Part shown: piece by piece, positions 55,046 through 64,000 of the stretch | Numbering within the stretch: position 1 is the first letter of the stretch | How the letters are laid out: each line of letters starts with the position of its first letter | Source of the DNA: Halobacteria archaeon | Lineage (GTDB): Archaea > Methanobacteriota_B > Thermococci > Methanofastidiosales > NM3 | Direction: 5' to 3' | Assembly: GCA_036733165.1 (NCBI GenBank) | Contig: DAINBB010000001.1 | Span: 949-64,948 of the forward strand | DNA length: 64,000 nucleotides | Translations under genes and position numbers: made by a program | Notes under the pieces: model-generated | The model's input: only the letters and a program-made list of their open reading frames with translations | Database searches by the model: none | Told to the model about the DNA's origin: nothing

Positions 55046-56050
55046 ATGCATAACTTTATTTCCGTGAACAGAAAAGTTAGGTTAACCATAATTGTAGCGC
55101 TTATATTAGTGATATCCGCATCATCAGGATGCATATCATCCGGACAGCCCAGCACGACCACATCCTCGCCAGACACCGACGGGGACGGATGGACTGACCA
55201 GGAAGAGGCGCTGGCCGGCACAGACCCTAACAATGTCGATTCCGATGGCGACGGTTACTACGACCCCGTGGATCCCAATCCTTTGATACCACAGACAACG
55301 GCGCCGCCCACGACGACGGCAGCGCCTACGACAGCGGCCCCGACGACGACCGCAGCTCCGACGACGACGGCAGCGCCTACGACAGCGGCCCCGACGACGA
55401 TGGCGCCGCCGGAGTTTCCGGACCTCAGTGGACTTGTGTATGCCTTTGAAAACTTTCATTCCTCTGACTCGACATGTTGCCGTACAGGTGACATAATTGA
55501 GAAGGTGGAGGACCTAGGTGCCCAGACCGTCCTCTATGAGGAAAGCTACATCTCTGCCGAATTGTTAAACAATCGCGGGATAGATGTGCTTTTGTTCGGA
55601 ATGACCACAAATAACACGTTGACCGATAATGACATCGATGAGCTGTACCAGTATGTTGTCGATGGGGGAATAATATGGTTGGCCACGGTCACGCCGGGGT
55701 ACAACGAGCTTCTTGGCCAATTTGACACATCCGTGGCCTTCGTAAGCAAAACGGAAGTCGACGAGAAGTCATTCTACTGTCATGACGAGGACTGGATATC
55801 GTATGACGTCGATGAATTCTATTTGGCGACCATCTATACATTCAGCAATCTTGAGACCTGGGAGACCACCATACATGTTTACGGGTATGATGGTTACTAT
55901 GACTGGCCCCAAGTGATCTACAAGAATATCGGTGATGGATACATTTTCTGCAGCAATATGGCGTTTTGTAAAAACGAATACTATTATCTGAAGGACAACC
56001 TGACAATATTCAATAACATCGCCTATATGATAGGAAGCCTATTGGACTGA
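55046..56050 (+). CDS. Surface lipoprotein with DxDGDG Ca-binding repeats, Thr/Ala/Pro linker and C-terminal alpha/beta domain
   Basis: SSGC lipobox-like site, DTDGDGWTD..E and DSDGDGYYD repeats, PTTTAA repeats. Confidence 0.75.
   Translation: MHNFISVNRKVRLTIIVALILVISASSGCISSGQPSTTTSSPDTDGDGWTDQEEALAGTDPNNVDSDGDGYYDPVDPNPLIPQTTAPPTTTAAPTTAAPTTTAAPTTTAAPTTAAPTTMAPPEFPDLSGLVYAFENFHSSDSTCCRTGDIIEKVEDLGAQTVLYEESYISAELLNNRGIDVLLFGMTTNNTLTDNDIDELYQYVVDGGIIWLATVTPGYNELLGQFDTSVAFVSKTEVDEKSFYCHDEDWISYDVDEFYLATIYTFSNLETWETTIHVYGYDGYYDWPQVIYKNIGDGYIFCSNMAFCKNEYYYLKDNLTIFNNIAYMIGSLLD
55310..55400 (+). repeat. Intragenic 40-nt exact direct repeat, period 51 nt, in the PTTTAA linker
   Basis: acgacgacggcagcgcctacgacagcggccccgacgacga at 55310-55349 and 55361-55400. 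Confidence 0.9.
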
Positions 56051-56106
56051 CGTCCCCCCAAGAACGTTTTTAACTTATAAGACATAGATATATGGAATAG
56101 TACCGG

Positions 56107-56760
56107 TTGGAAGTCATGGAAGAGAACGGCAGTTTAGAGATCGGCCCAATAGACATGCTAATGGGACTTGTGATATCAAAGGAGATAGATCCTTGGAACA
56201 TCGACATAGTGGAACTTACGAACAAATACATGGAAAGGATCAGAAAGCTCCAAGAGCTTGACCTAAGGCTTTCCGGAAAGACGATCCTTGTGGCTTCCAT
56301 ACTTCTACGGATGCAGTCCGAGGACATATTCAGGGAAAAGAGCGATGAGAAGGAGGAGGAAGAGGAGGAAGAGCTTGATTTTGAGCTAAAACCAATATTG
56401 CCCCCCCTTCGAAGGGTCTCAGGAAAGATCACCCTGCCTCAATTGATGGAAGCGCTTCTCCAAGCGCTTGAGGAGGCGGATAGGAAGAAGACCCTAAAAC
56501 CAAGGAAGAGAAGAGAGGAAAAGCACGTAATCAGGATCGATGAACACCGTCTCAATATAGAGGAACAGGTTACAAAGCTGTATGACAGGATATGTGAGAT
56601 GATCAGGGAGCGAGAGTTCATAACCATGGATGAGCTTTTGGACGACCACACCCCCCTGTCCATAGCAAGGACCTTGCTTTTCATTTTATATCTGGAGACC
56701 AAGAGCAAGATAGAGCTCGAACAGGAAGAGCTCTTTGGAGAGATATACATCAGGACCTAA
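56107..56760 (+). CDS. scpA: Segregation and condensation protein A
   Basis: IDPWNIDIVEL, LRLSG...ASILLR, FILYL, LEQEELFGEI. Confidence 0.95.
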   Translation: MEVMEENGSLEIGPIDMLMGLVISKEIDPWNIDIVELTNKYMERIRKLQELDLRLSGKTILVASILLRMQSEDIFREKSDEKEEEEEEELDFELKPILPPLRRVSGKITLPQLMEALLQALEEADRKKTLKPRKRREEKHVIRIDEHRLNIEEQVTKLYDRICEMIREREFITMDELLDDHTPLSIARTLLFILYLETKSKIELEQEELFGEIYIRT

Positions 56761-56770
56761 AGGTGATATT

Positions 56771-57307
56771 GTGGATGAAAGAAAGGTGATAGAGGCTGTA
56801 TTGTTCGCATCCGGGAAACCAGTATCGAGCCATGAACTGGCAAAGAATCTGGATATGGATACAAGGGACGTTACAAGGCACATGAAGGAACTGATGAAAG
56901 AATATGAGGGTAGGGACGGCCCCATCGAGATCACCAAGACCATCAAGGACGAGTACGTCATGCAATTGAAGGAAGAGTACTCCGAGATGGCAGAGAACTA
57001 TCTGCCAAGGGCCAAGGAGTCCCGAGCGCTTCTCAAGACCCTTGCCCTGATAGCATACAAGCAGCCTGTCGAACAAAGCGAAGTGATCAACATCAGGGGA
57101 TCGAGTGCATACAAGCACATAAAGGAGCTTGAAGACAGGAAACTTGTCAACAAGAGGCCGAAGGAAAGGACATACATCTTATCAACGACCAATGAGTTCT
57201 GCGAACTTTACGGACTCAAGTCGGCGGACCCCAATGACGTGAAGAACAAGTTCGAGGCCCTATTGGGAAGTAAGGGGAGCGAAGATGACAAGGATGAAGC
57301 TGAGTGA
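56771..57307 (+). CDS. scpB: Segregation and condensation protein B
   Basis: IEAVLFAS, LKTLALIAYKQP, IRGSSAY..I..L; GTG start 56771 after GGTGA. Confidence 0.94.
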   Translation: MDERKVIEAVLFASGKPVSSHELAKNLDMDTRDVTRHMKELMKEYEGRDGPIEITKTIKDEYVMQLKEEYSEMAENYLPRAKESRALLKTLALIAYKQPVEQSEVINIRGSSAYKHIKELEDRKLVNKRPKERTYILSTTNEFCELYGLKSADPNDVKNKFEALLGSKGSEDDKDEAE

Positions 57308-57758
57308 CCTAGAGGGAATGCTCACGGACAGGACTGTCATACTGGGTGTCGGAAACGACATCAAGGGGGACGACGGCGTAGGATCCTACATAGCCAGGCG
57401 ATTGGAACGCCAATTCAGGTCAATAGACGGGAAATCCGTGCCTGAGGCGTATGCCTACGAGGTCATATCACATAAACCTGACATCGTGCTTATCATCGAT
57501 GCTGCAAAAATGGGGTCACGACCCGGGTCGGTGGGTGTGTTCACAAAGGAGGATGTCAAAAACATCAGTTCTTCAACCCATTCAATGCCCCTCTCAATGC
57601 TATCCAAACACCTGGAGAAAGAAGCTGGTTGCATGGTATATATAATCGGCATTGAACCAATGGAGACAGAGTTCGATATGAAGCTGACCGACACTGTAAG
57701 AAAAAGCGCCGACAATATGGTAGAGATACTGAAAAGCTATAAATCATCAAAGAAATGA
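57294..57758 (+). CDS. hycI: Hydrogenase maturation endopeptidase (HycI-like)
   Basis: GVGNDIKGDDGVG, IIDAA, STHSMPL. Confidence 0.88.
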   Translation: MKLSDLEGMLTDRTVILGVGNDIKGDDGVGSYIARRLERQFRSIDGKSVPEAYAYEVISHKPDIVLIIDAAKMGSRPGSVGVFTKEDVKNISSSTHSMPLSMLSKHLEKEAGCMVYIIGIEPMETEFDMKLTDTVRKSADNMVEILKSYKSSKK

Positions 57759-57780
57759 TAATATACACGTGGGGATGTGA

Positions 57781-58581
57781 ATGGACAAGATATCTTTTTT
57801 ATTGAACAAGACCAAGAACAAACTTCTTTCACCTATATACTCCACCTATCAGAGAAGATTGATTGAAAACGTCAAAAAGAAAGAACCTCCTGTCCATATC
57901 GGATTCATACTGGACGGAAACAGGAGATATGCCACGGCAAAGGGGCTTGACAGGAAAATAGGACACATGTTCGGCGCCAAGAAGGTCGAGGAACTGCTCG
58001 AATGGTGCTTTGACATCAATATCAAGGTAGTCACCCTATATGCGTTCTCCACAGAAAACTTCAACAGGCCCGAAGAGGAGGTCGGGGCCATAATGGACCT
58101 TGCCAAGGAAGAGTTCGAAAAGGTCCTCACCAGCAAGAGCATACATGAAAACAAGGTAAGGGTCAAGGCCTTGGGGGACTTGGACAAACTGCCAAGAAAA
58201 CTTCTTGAGGCGATCCAGATAGCCGAGGACAACACCAAGGACTACTGCGATCATTTTCTCAATGTCTGTGTCGCATACGGCTCAAAGAACGAGATAGTCT
58301 CGGCCGTAAGGAATATAGCCAAGGACGTGAAGGAGGGAAGGCTTGGACCCGATGAAATAACATACAATGACATCAGGAAAAATCTCCTTACCAATGAATA
58401 TCCGGACCCTGATATAATAATAAGGACCGGTGGGGAGTCGAGGCTCTCCAACTTCATGCTGCTGCAGGCCGCTTATGCGGAGCTCTTCTTCATAGATGTG
58501 TACCTTCCGGAGTTCAGGAAGATAGACTTCCTAAGGATAATGAGGGATTACCAACGGGCAGACAGAAGATATGGAAAATAA
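57781..58581 (+). CDS. uppS: Polyprenyl diphosphate synthase (cis-prenyltransferase)
   Basis: ILDGNRRY, YAFSTENFNRP, IRTGGESRLSNF, RRYG. Confidence 0.96.
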   Translation: MDKISFLLNKTKNKLLSPIYSTYQRRLIENVKKKEPPVHIGFILDGNRRYATAKGLDRKIGHMFGAKKVEELLEWCFDINIKVVTLYAFSTENFNRPEEEVGAIMDLAKEEFEKVLTSKSIHENKVRVKALGDLDKLPRKLLEAIQIAEDNTKDYCDHFLNVCVAYGSKNEIVSAVRNIAKDVKEGRLGPDEITYNDIRKNLLTNEYPDPDIIIRTGGESRLSNFMLLQAAYAELFFIDVYLPEFRKIDFLRIMRDYQRADRRYGK

Positions 58582-58632
58582 GGAACTGATTCATTCATCC
58601 TTGCCAGGATAAATCCCCATGGAAAAACTTCC

Positions 58633-58923
58633 TCAATTGTCACCTTCTGAAGGGTTTGTTGCCTTTTTCCATACCTCAGAATGACCATATAGCCTGGATA
58701 CGTACCTTACATTGTCGTCTCCCCCCTTGCACAGGAGGAAAAGCGGCGCTATCAGCTCGATCGCCTCCCTGTCAAGCACTGCCCTCTCTTCCGCAGGGAG
58801 GGAATAGTAAGTTCGGAGCATCTCGTCCCTGTCCATCTTTATCAACTCTGAAATCTTCATAATCTCACCTTTATATGGATGGATTATCCATCCATATATA
58901 AATCTTTCTATCTTGTTTTGCAT
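58633..58923 (-). CDS. Hypothetical protein
   Basis: ORF in a gap between convergent/divergent neighbours; probable start at MKISEL after AGGTGA; no motif recognised. Confidence 0.5.
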   Translation of the reverse strand: MQNKIERFIYGWIIHPYKGEIMKISELIKMDRDEMLRTYYSLPAEERAVLDREAIELIAPLFLLCKGGDDNVRYVSRLYGHSEVWKKATNPSEGDN

Positions 58924-59009
58924 AACATGTTTACATCGAAGATTGGAAAGAACGTCAGCATCTTCAACCGATTACAAAAGATTTATATATTTAAGAATTA
59001 GGTTCTCAA

Positions 59010-60380
59010 TTGATTTATATGCACATTATCGAATCTGATGGTGTAAAGATAGTTTTATCCGAACTTAGGGATTCGATGTCGGAATTGGGAGATGTCTATT
59101 TACGTACAGACATCAATGAACCCCCTGCACCTTCCCTCAAGGTCGAACAGGCCACAGATTCCATAAACATGATAAGGGAGATACAGGACCCCAAGTCCAA
59201 CATCCTATGCACATCGCATTGTTCTGACCCCTCAAAAAGCATTGACAAGAACTTTGAGATACTCAGGAGCACCTTGGAGAAACAGTTGGACCCCATATCT
59301 CCGGAGATAAACGGCTGTGTCTTCGTTAACAGTCTTGAAGAACTATCCAAAGCGAACAAGAAGTATCAGGGACATCTCATATTTCTCGAGAACATCAGGA
59401 AGACCGTGCCGGAGGAGACGAGTCCTCCAGACAATTCGTCCGAAACGGAGCTGTGGAAGTTTCTCAAGCCATATACCAAGATAAACAATGCATTGTCGTG
59501 CTGCCACAGGGACCATCTATCGTTGAGGGTCTTCACGGATGGTTGCTATTGCAGCGACATCTTCATCAAAGAGCTCCAGACGATCACAGACCTCTATTCT
59601 ACAAGTGAGAGGGATGTGAAGATATGGGGCATCGCAGGGGCAAAGAGGGACAAGCTTGATTCCATCTACCTCACAGAGGGCAGGGACGACCTGATAGTCG
59701 CCCTCAATGGCGGACCTATACTGGTCCTGCTCGTATGGGCGTTGTCAAAGGAGGCAAGGTCCCTTTCCAGGATCCTTCCCGCCAATATCGGCAAGGAGAA
59801 CAGGGAACTGATAGAGAAGTTCTTCGGCGGGTCCAAATGGGACATGATAAAGAAAAAGGCCCTGAAGATAGCAAAAATGATGGAAGAAGGGTCCATAGAG
59901 GTGATACTTCCGATAGATGTCATCGTGGATTCGGAAGGCGAGGAGAAGACCGTCTCCCTCTCGGCGATAAACAAGGGCAGATTCCTGTCGCTGGGACCCA
60001 ACTCACTGACCATGCTCTCCGACATATCGGCCAGGAGGCAGTTCGTGCAGACCGGTTCGGTAGAGCCGACGAACTATCTTTCCCGCGGCGAGGAGTCAAC
60101 AACATTCAACCTGGTGAGGGAGGTCCTGAGACATGCCAAGAGCATGTACATCAACGGTGGCGACACCGTCTCGGACATCAGGACGTTCGAGAACGCCTTG
60201 AAGCTGCAGAAGTTCAGGGACAAGAAGATGTTCATAGAGCTTGCAAGCGGAGGATTCGTTGTCAAGTGGTGGAATTACCTCAACTCTTGCAAGAACATGC
60301 CCCCGGGCGTAAGGTACGCCAGCATAGGATCCTTCAAAAGCCTCTACGACAAATGGGACAAGGACAAGGGCTTCGACTGA
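59010..60380 (+). CDS. Divergent phosphoglycerate-kinase-family protein
   Basis: RTDINEP, SH, LENIR, HR, GAK, GGDT and SGG occur in PGK order, with many substitutions. Confidence 0.7.
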   Translation: MIYMHIIESDGVKIVLSELRDSMSELGDVYLRTDINEPPAPSLKVEQATDSINMIREIQDPKSNILCTSHCSDPSKSIDKNFEILRSTLEKQLDPISPEINGCVFVNSLEELSKANKKYQGHLIFLENIRKTVPEETSPPDNSSETELWKFLKPYTKINNALSCCHRDHLSLRVFTDGCYCSDIFIKELQTITDLYSTSERDVKIWGIAGAKRDKLDSIYLTEGRDDLIVALNGGPILVLLVWALSKEARSLSRILPANIGKENRELIEKFFGGSKWDMIKKKALKIAKMMEEGSIEVILPIDVIVDSEGEEKTVSLSAINKGRFLSLGPNSLTMLSDISARRQFVQTGSVEPTNYLSRGEESTTFNLVREVLRHAKSMYINGGDTVSDIRTFENALKLQKFRDKKMFIELASGGFVVKWWNYLNSCKNMPPGVRYASIGSFKSLYDKWDKDKGFD

Positions 60381-60414
60381 AATGTTTTAAATTCCCAGCG
60401 GCATATACCTTCAC

Positions 60415-60642
60415 ATGGAGCCCCCGGACGCTGACAGGATAGGGAGGGAGCACAGGGACAGGCTAAAGAAGGTGAAAAGGGATCAGAGAAGGGCCTTTGA
60501 GAACATCGTCAAGCCGCCAGATCCAAAATCATGCAGATATTGCAAGCACTATGTGACGAAGGATGGGGAAAGCGGGTATTGCCTATTATGGAAAAAGGAT
60601 GTCAGGAACACAGATTCCTGCGATAGATTCTCAAGGGTATGA
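60415..60642 (+). CDS. Small Cys4 putative metal-binding protein
   Basis: CRYC-x12-C-x12-C; stop overlaps the next ATG (ATGA). Confidence 0.6.
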   Translation: MEPPDADRIGREHRDRLKKVKRDQRRAFENIVKPPDPKSCRYCKHYVTKDGESGYCLLWKKDVRNTDSCDRFSRV

Positions 60643-61697
60643 TGATGATTAGAGACCTTATAAAAAAATACAAAAACGCCCTCTCGATACTGTTCTCCAT
60701 CCTAATGTTGGTCCTGATATTGAGGCTTGTAGGTTTCAACGAGATGCTGAATGCCATCAGGGCCATAGACCGGGAGAACCTGACGCTTGCACTCCTGTTG
60801 TACGCCGCCTCCCTGTTGGTGGCAACCCTGAGATGGGACAGGATAATAGATGTAACAGAATACAATTCAAGATTCAAGACATTACTCCAATACTCACTCA
60901 TAGACAAGTTCGCGAACTCCTTCTTTCCGACGTCCGCAGTGGGTATGGCCCTAAGGTCCTACCTTCTGAACAAGGACTATGAAATGCCCAAGTCGGTGGG
61001 ACTTGCCACCATAGTACTCGACTACGGCGTCGACATATTCGGGACCTTCATGCTCTCAGTGCCTTTTTTCTTTATCATCAGGTCCGAGCTCTCAGAGTCC
61101 CTGATGCACACCTTCAGGACAAGCCTTCTGACAATAGGCATAGTGTCATTCATCGTCTTCGTGATCAGCTACTCGGAGCATGTGTTTGTGAGAACCAAAT
61201 ACGACAAGAAGATCAATCTCAGGGAACGTTCAAGATTGTTCAGCAAAATATCAGAACTGGGTATCAGCAAGAAGTTCATCGAGTTCTCGGAGACCTTCAG
61301 CCTGATATTGGAAAGACCGATAATCTTTTCCAACGCCCTCTTCCTTACGTTCTTCAAGGTCATGCTGGACGCCATAAGGATATCCATACTCTTCGAGGCC
61401 TTTGGTGTATCGGTGCCGTTCTACTACTTCATCCTGTTCGACAGCACCTGGACGTTCCTTGCGCCGCTGATGTTCACCCCTGGAGGTGTGGGCGTCATAG
61501 AGACCGGCAGGATAGCACTTTACTCATTGATACCCAACGTGAGCGTGGGAGTGATCACACCTGTCGTGTTCATAGACAGGCTGATCACATACTGGCTGAC
61601 CGTGTTCATCGGAGCGGTATTGTTCTTTCACAAGGGTATTGACATCAGCAGTTTGGGCGGGAAGGGCATCTCAGGTGCCGATGTCAAGCAAACGTAG
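60639..61697 (+). CDS. Second UPF0104 / lysylphosphatidylglycerol synthase TM flippase-like protein
   Basis: RW, NSFFP, TPGGVGVIE, DRLITYW motifs. Confidence 0.85.
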   Translation: MMMIRDLIKKYKNALSILFSILMLVLILRLVGFNEMLNAIRAIDRENLTLALLLYAASLLVATLRWDRIIDVTEYNSRFKTLLQYSLIDKFANSFFPTSAVGMALRSYLLNKDYEMPKSVGLATIVLDYGVDIFGTFMLSVPFFFIIRSELSESLMHTFRTSLLTIGIVSFIVFVISYSEHVFVRTKYDKKINLRERSRLFSKISELGISKKFIEFSETFSLILERPIIFSNALFLTFFKVMLDAIRISILFEAFGVSVPFYYFILFDSTWTFLAPLMFTPGGVGVIETGRIALYSLIPNVSVGVITPVVFIDRLITYWLTVFIGAVLFFHKGIDISSLGGKGISGADVKQT

Positions 61698-63437
61698 GGT
61701 CTCATCGCTGGGCACGCCATTCTCATCGCAACCCCTTCTCATGTAATACTCGCGAATGTGCCTGTGCAGTTCCCCCCGCTCCAATCTGATCCCTTCAAGC
61801 TCTGAATCGAAGAATCTGTCCGGCAGGTCGTCCTCATCCGTTCTGAGGCCCTGTCCGATGTTGAACATCCTCTGAAGCGTCCATATCCTCTTCGCGGACC
61901 ATTCCAGGTCCCCCGGACAGTACTCCTCGCCCGTGACCATCCTGACGATGTCGGCGGCCCCTTCGAAGCTCTCGTCTATGAGCGACCTGGATGCGAATCT
62001 GCACATTATCAGGCAGTCCATCAGAGTCATGGTGTCCTCCATCAACATGAAAGGCGCCACCTTGCCCTCAAGCGTGTCCGGTCTCATCCTTCTCTGGAAT
62101 ATCTCCCTTACATACATCGGGGCCCTCAGATGGCAAGCCCCGCGATTTGACAGCGAATAGGCCAGCGCCATGCCCTGTGTTATCCTGGGATCGTACCCGG
62201 GCAGCTCCATGCCCTTGACATGGATCGCGAATTCTTTGCCGCCATATCTTTCAGAACTTCTCATCACGCCCCTTGAGAGCACCTCCCCCAGTCCTTCGCC
62301 GGTGCCCATCTTTCTCACAAGGTCGATCACGGCCCCCATGTCGCCCCATGCGACATGCTTGTCCACAAGCCCTTTCTCGGACGCTTCCATGAGCCATGAC
62401 AACGTGACCCCTGCCGATATCGTGTCGATGCCCAGCTCGTTGCAGAGCTCATTGACCTCCACAAGCGCCTCCACATCGTTGTTGAGTATGTTCGAACCCA
62501 GGGCGAATATGGTCTCATACTCGGGGCCTTCTGTCCGGACACCTCCGCATACGCTGTAATGCGAACAGCCGATGGGACAAGAGAAACACGCCCTCCTGCC
62601 CTTCCAGATCGACTTGTCCAACTCCGTTCCGGATATCTTGTCTATCTCCCCGAAGCGGCCCAACTGGTAGTTTCTGGTAGGAAGTCCCCCGGCATGGTCC
62701 ATGGTCATTCCCGCGTTGGTGGTACCATAGTCTATGAAGACCCTGGTGACCTCCTTCGACATCGACATTGCATCCCTTATGTGCGAGGAGAGCGCTTCCC
62801 CGTCATGCACCTCAACAGGACCGGTGCCTCTGACGACAATGCCCTTGAGGTTCTTGCTGCCGAATACGGCACCCGAACCGCCTCTTCCGAGGGACCTGTA
62901 GACATCGCTCTTAACATTGGATATCAAGGCCTTCCTTTCCCCTGCCGGACCAATGACCAGTGTCTTGGATTCGGCATCGTTCTCGGATGTGAGCATCCTT
63001 GCGGCGGTCTTGACCCTCTTGCCCCACACATGGCCCGCGGGCCTGATATCGATCTCATCGTCATCTATTGAGATATAGACCGGATCGTCCGCACTTCCCT
63101 CTATGATAATGCCGTCATGGCCCGAATATTTTAGCTCTGGTCCGAAATGGCCGCCGCAATGCGACTGTAGGAAATAATTTGTAAGGGGGGAGATCGTGGC
63201 AAGACAGAATCTGCCGGAAGAGACTGCAGGGGTGCCCGTGAGGGGGCCTGTGAATATGAACAGCTTGTTATCACCCGAAAGGGGGTCCATCGGTGTCTTG
63301 AGCTCCCCATAGAGATATTCGGTCGCAAGCCCGACACCCCCAACAGACCGCCTCAATATGTGCCTTGCCAACCGTTCCTCCCTTATATCCCCGTCATCAA
63401 GGTTGACCCTAATGACCTTGCCCTTCCATCCAAACAT
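61671..63437 (-). CDS. aor: Tungsten-containing aldehyde:ferredoxin oxidoreductase family protein
   Basis: GPLTG, ISPLT, GRGGSGAVFGSKNLK, CFSCPIGC, EGPEYET, DTISAG, GYDPR, NRGACHL. Confidence 0.95.
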   Translation of the reverse strand: MFGWKGKVIRVNLDDGDIREERLARHILRRSVGGVGLATEYLYGELKTPMDPLSGDNKLFIFTGPLTGTPAVSSGRFCLATISPLTNYFLQSHCGGHFGPELKYSGHDGIIIEGSADDPVYISIDDDEIDIRPAGHVWGKRVKTAARMLTSENDAESKTLVIGPAGERKALISNVKSDVYRSLGRGGSGAVFGSKNLKGIVVRGTGPVEVHDGEALSSHIRDAMSMSKEVTRVFIDYGTTNAGMTMDHAGGLPTRNYQLGRFGEIDKISGTELDKSIWKGRRACFSCPIGCSHYSVCGGVRTEGPEYETIFALGSNILNNDVEALVEVNELCNELGIDTISAGVTLSWLMEASEKGLVDKHVAWGDMGAVIDLVRKMGTGEGLGEVLSRGVMRSSERYGGKEFAIHVKGMELPGYDPRITQGMALAYSLSNRGACHLRAPMYVREIFQRRMRPDTLEGKVAPFMLMEDTMTLMDCLIMCRFASRSLIDESFEGAADIVRMVTGEEYCPGDLEWSAKRIWTLQRMFNIGQGLRTDEDDLPDRFFDSELEGIRLERGELHRHIREYYMRRGCDENGVPSDETLRLLDIGT

Positions 63438-63535
63438 GATATTACTCTGAACAGGGCAATATTAAGGTTATTGGGGTTCGCGCATGGACCGAAATATATT
63501 TATCAAAGGATTGGATGGTGACTATGGTGATTCAG

Positions 63536-64000
63536 ATGAGGATGATACTCTTAGGAAAGCCAGGAGGCGGAAAGGGGACACAGGCCACGCTGCTCAAGGA
63601 GCATCTCGACGTCCCTCAGATATCCACGGGGGACATTCTCAGGGAGGCCGTTAAGAACGGTACGCCCCTGGGCAAGGAGGCTAAGAACTACATGGATGCT
63701 GGGAAGCTGGTGCCGGATGATCTCATAAGGGGGCTGGTCGAGGAGAGGCTGTCACAGGACGATATAGGAAAAGGATTCATATTCGACGGATTTCCACGGA
63801 CCTTGGCACAGGCGGAGGGCCTCAAGAAGATAGCGGACAAGCTTGGTATATCCATCGACAAGGCCGTATATATCGATGTTCCGACCGACAAGATAGTCAA
63901 GAGACTTTCCGGGAGAAGGTCTTGCGCCTGTGGGGCGGTCTATCACATAGAATCAAAGAGACCGAAGATCGAAGGCGTCTGCGACGCATGTTCGGGAAAG
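63536..64000 (+). CDS. adk: Adenylate kinase, bacterial type with LID domain (runs off the right edge)
   Basis: Not in ORF track; [46 protein letters not shown]...CDAC; alternative start at 63524. Confidence 0.95.
   Translation, partial: MRMILLGKPGGGKGTQATLLKEHLDVPQISTGDILREAVKNGTPLGKEAKNYMDAGKLVPDDLIRGLVEERLSQDDIGKGFIFDGFPRTLAQAEGLKKIADKLGISIDKAVYIDVPTDKIVKRLSGRRSCACGAVYHIESKRPKIEGVCDACSGK

Noticed and set aside
55310-55410. Repeat cluster as a possible CRISPR array
   Set aside because: In-frame coding repeats with no unique spacers and no cas genes.

Overview
Archaeal (euryarchaeal) chromosomal window, mostly housekeeping. Subunit K and eL41 resemble Thermococci proteins, so a Thermococci-related lineage such as Methanofastidiosa or Theionarchaea is my inference, not a proven assignment. 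Contents: A1Ao ATP synthase operon start (atpH-I-K-E-C, truncated at the left edge), tfb/gar1, hydrogenase maturation genes (hypB, hypA, hypE, a maturation protease), dnaG, nmd3, aIF2-beta, valS, nadX, dys, pelota, cofE, pyrH, endA, dacZ-mscS, an MtaB-type methylthiotransferase, the rpl15e/RNase P/exosome superoperon (lacking psmA and pfdB here), scpAB, uppS, AOR and a bacterial-type adk truncated at the right edge. There are four tRNAs: Met-CAU with a 48-nt BHB intron, Pro-CGG, Ile-GAU and Gln-UUG. Genes missing from the ORF track include eL41, a CPxCG zinc-finger microprotein, a second Lrp/AsnC ligand-binding domain with no canonical start, and the two edge-truncated genes. tfb and sfsA each carry a one-base deletion in a G run, most likely read errors. 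Best candidates for new biology: (1) a 387-aa CO-dehydrogenase (CooS) homolog that keeps the B-cluster cysteines but has lost the D-cluster cysteines and 5 of 6 Ni-Fe-S C-cluster ligands, followed by two stand-alone RAM domains separated only by an in-frame TAG; (2) a structured non-coding stretch of about 180 nt upstream of DUF167 with C/D-like boxes and a possible 23S rRNA guide; (3) a phosphoglycerate-kinase paralog with remodelled substrate motifs; (4) a membrane-anchored tandem FKBP beside an S-layer-type gene. I found no CRISPR array, rRNA, transposase or integrase. All family assignments come from motif recognition, without database searches.
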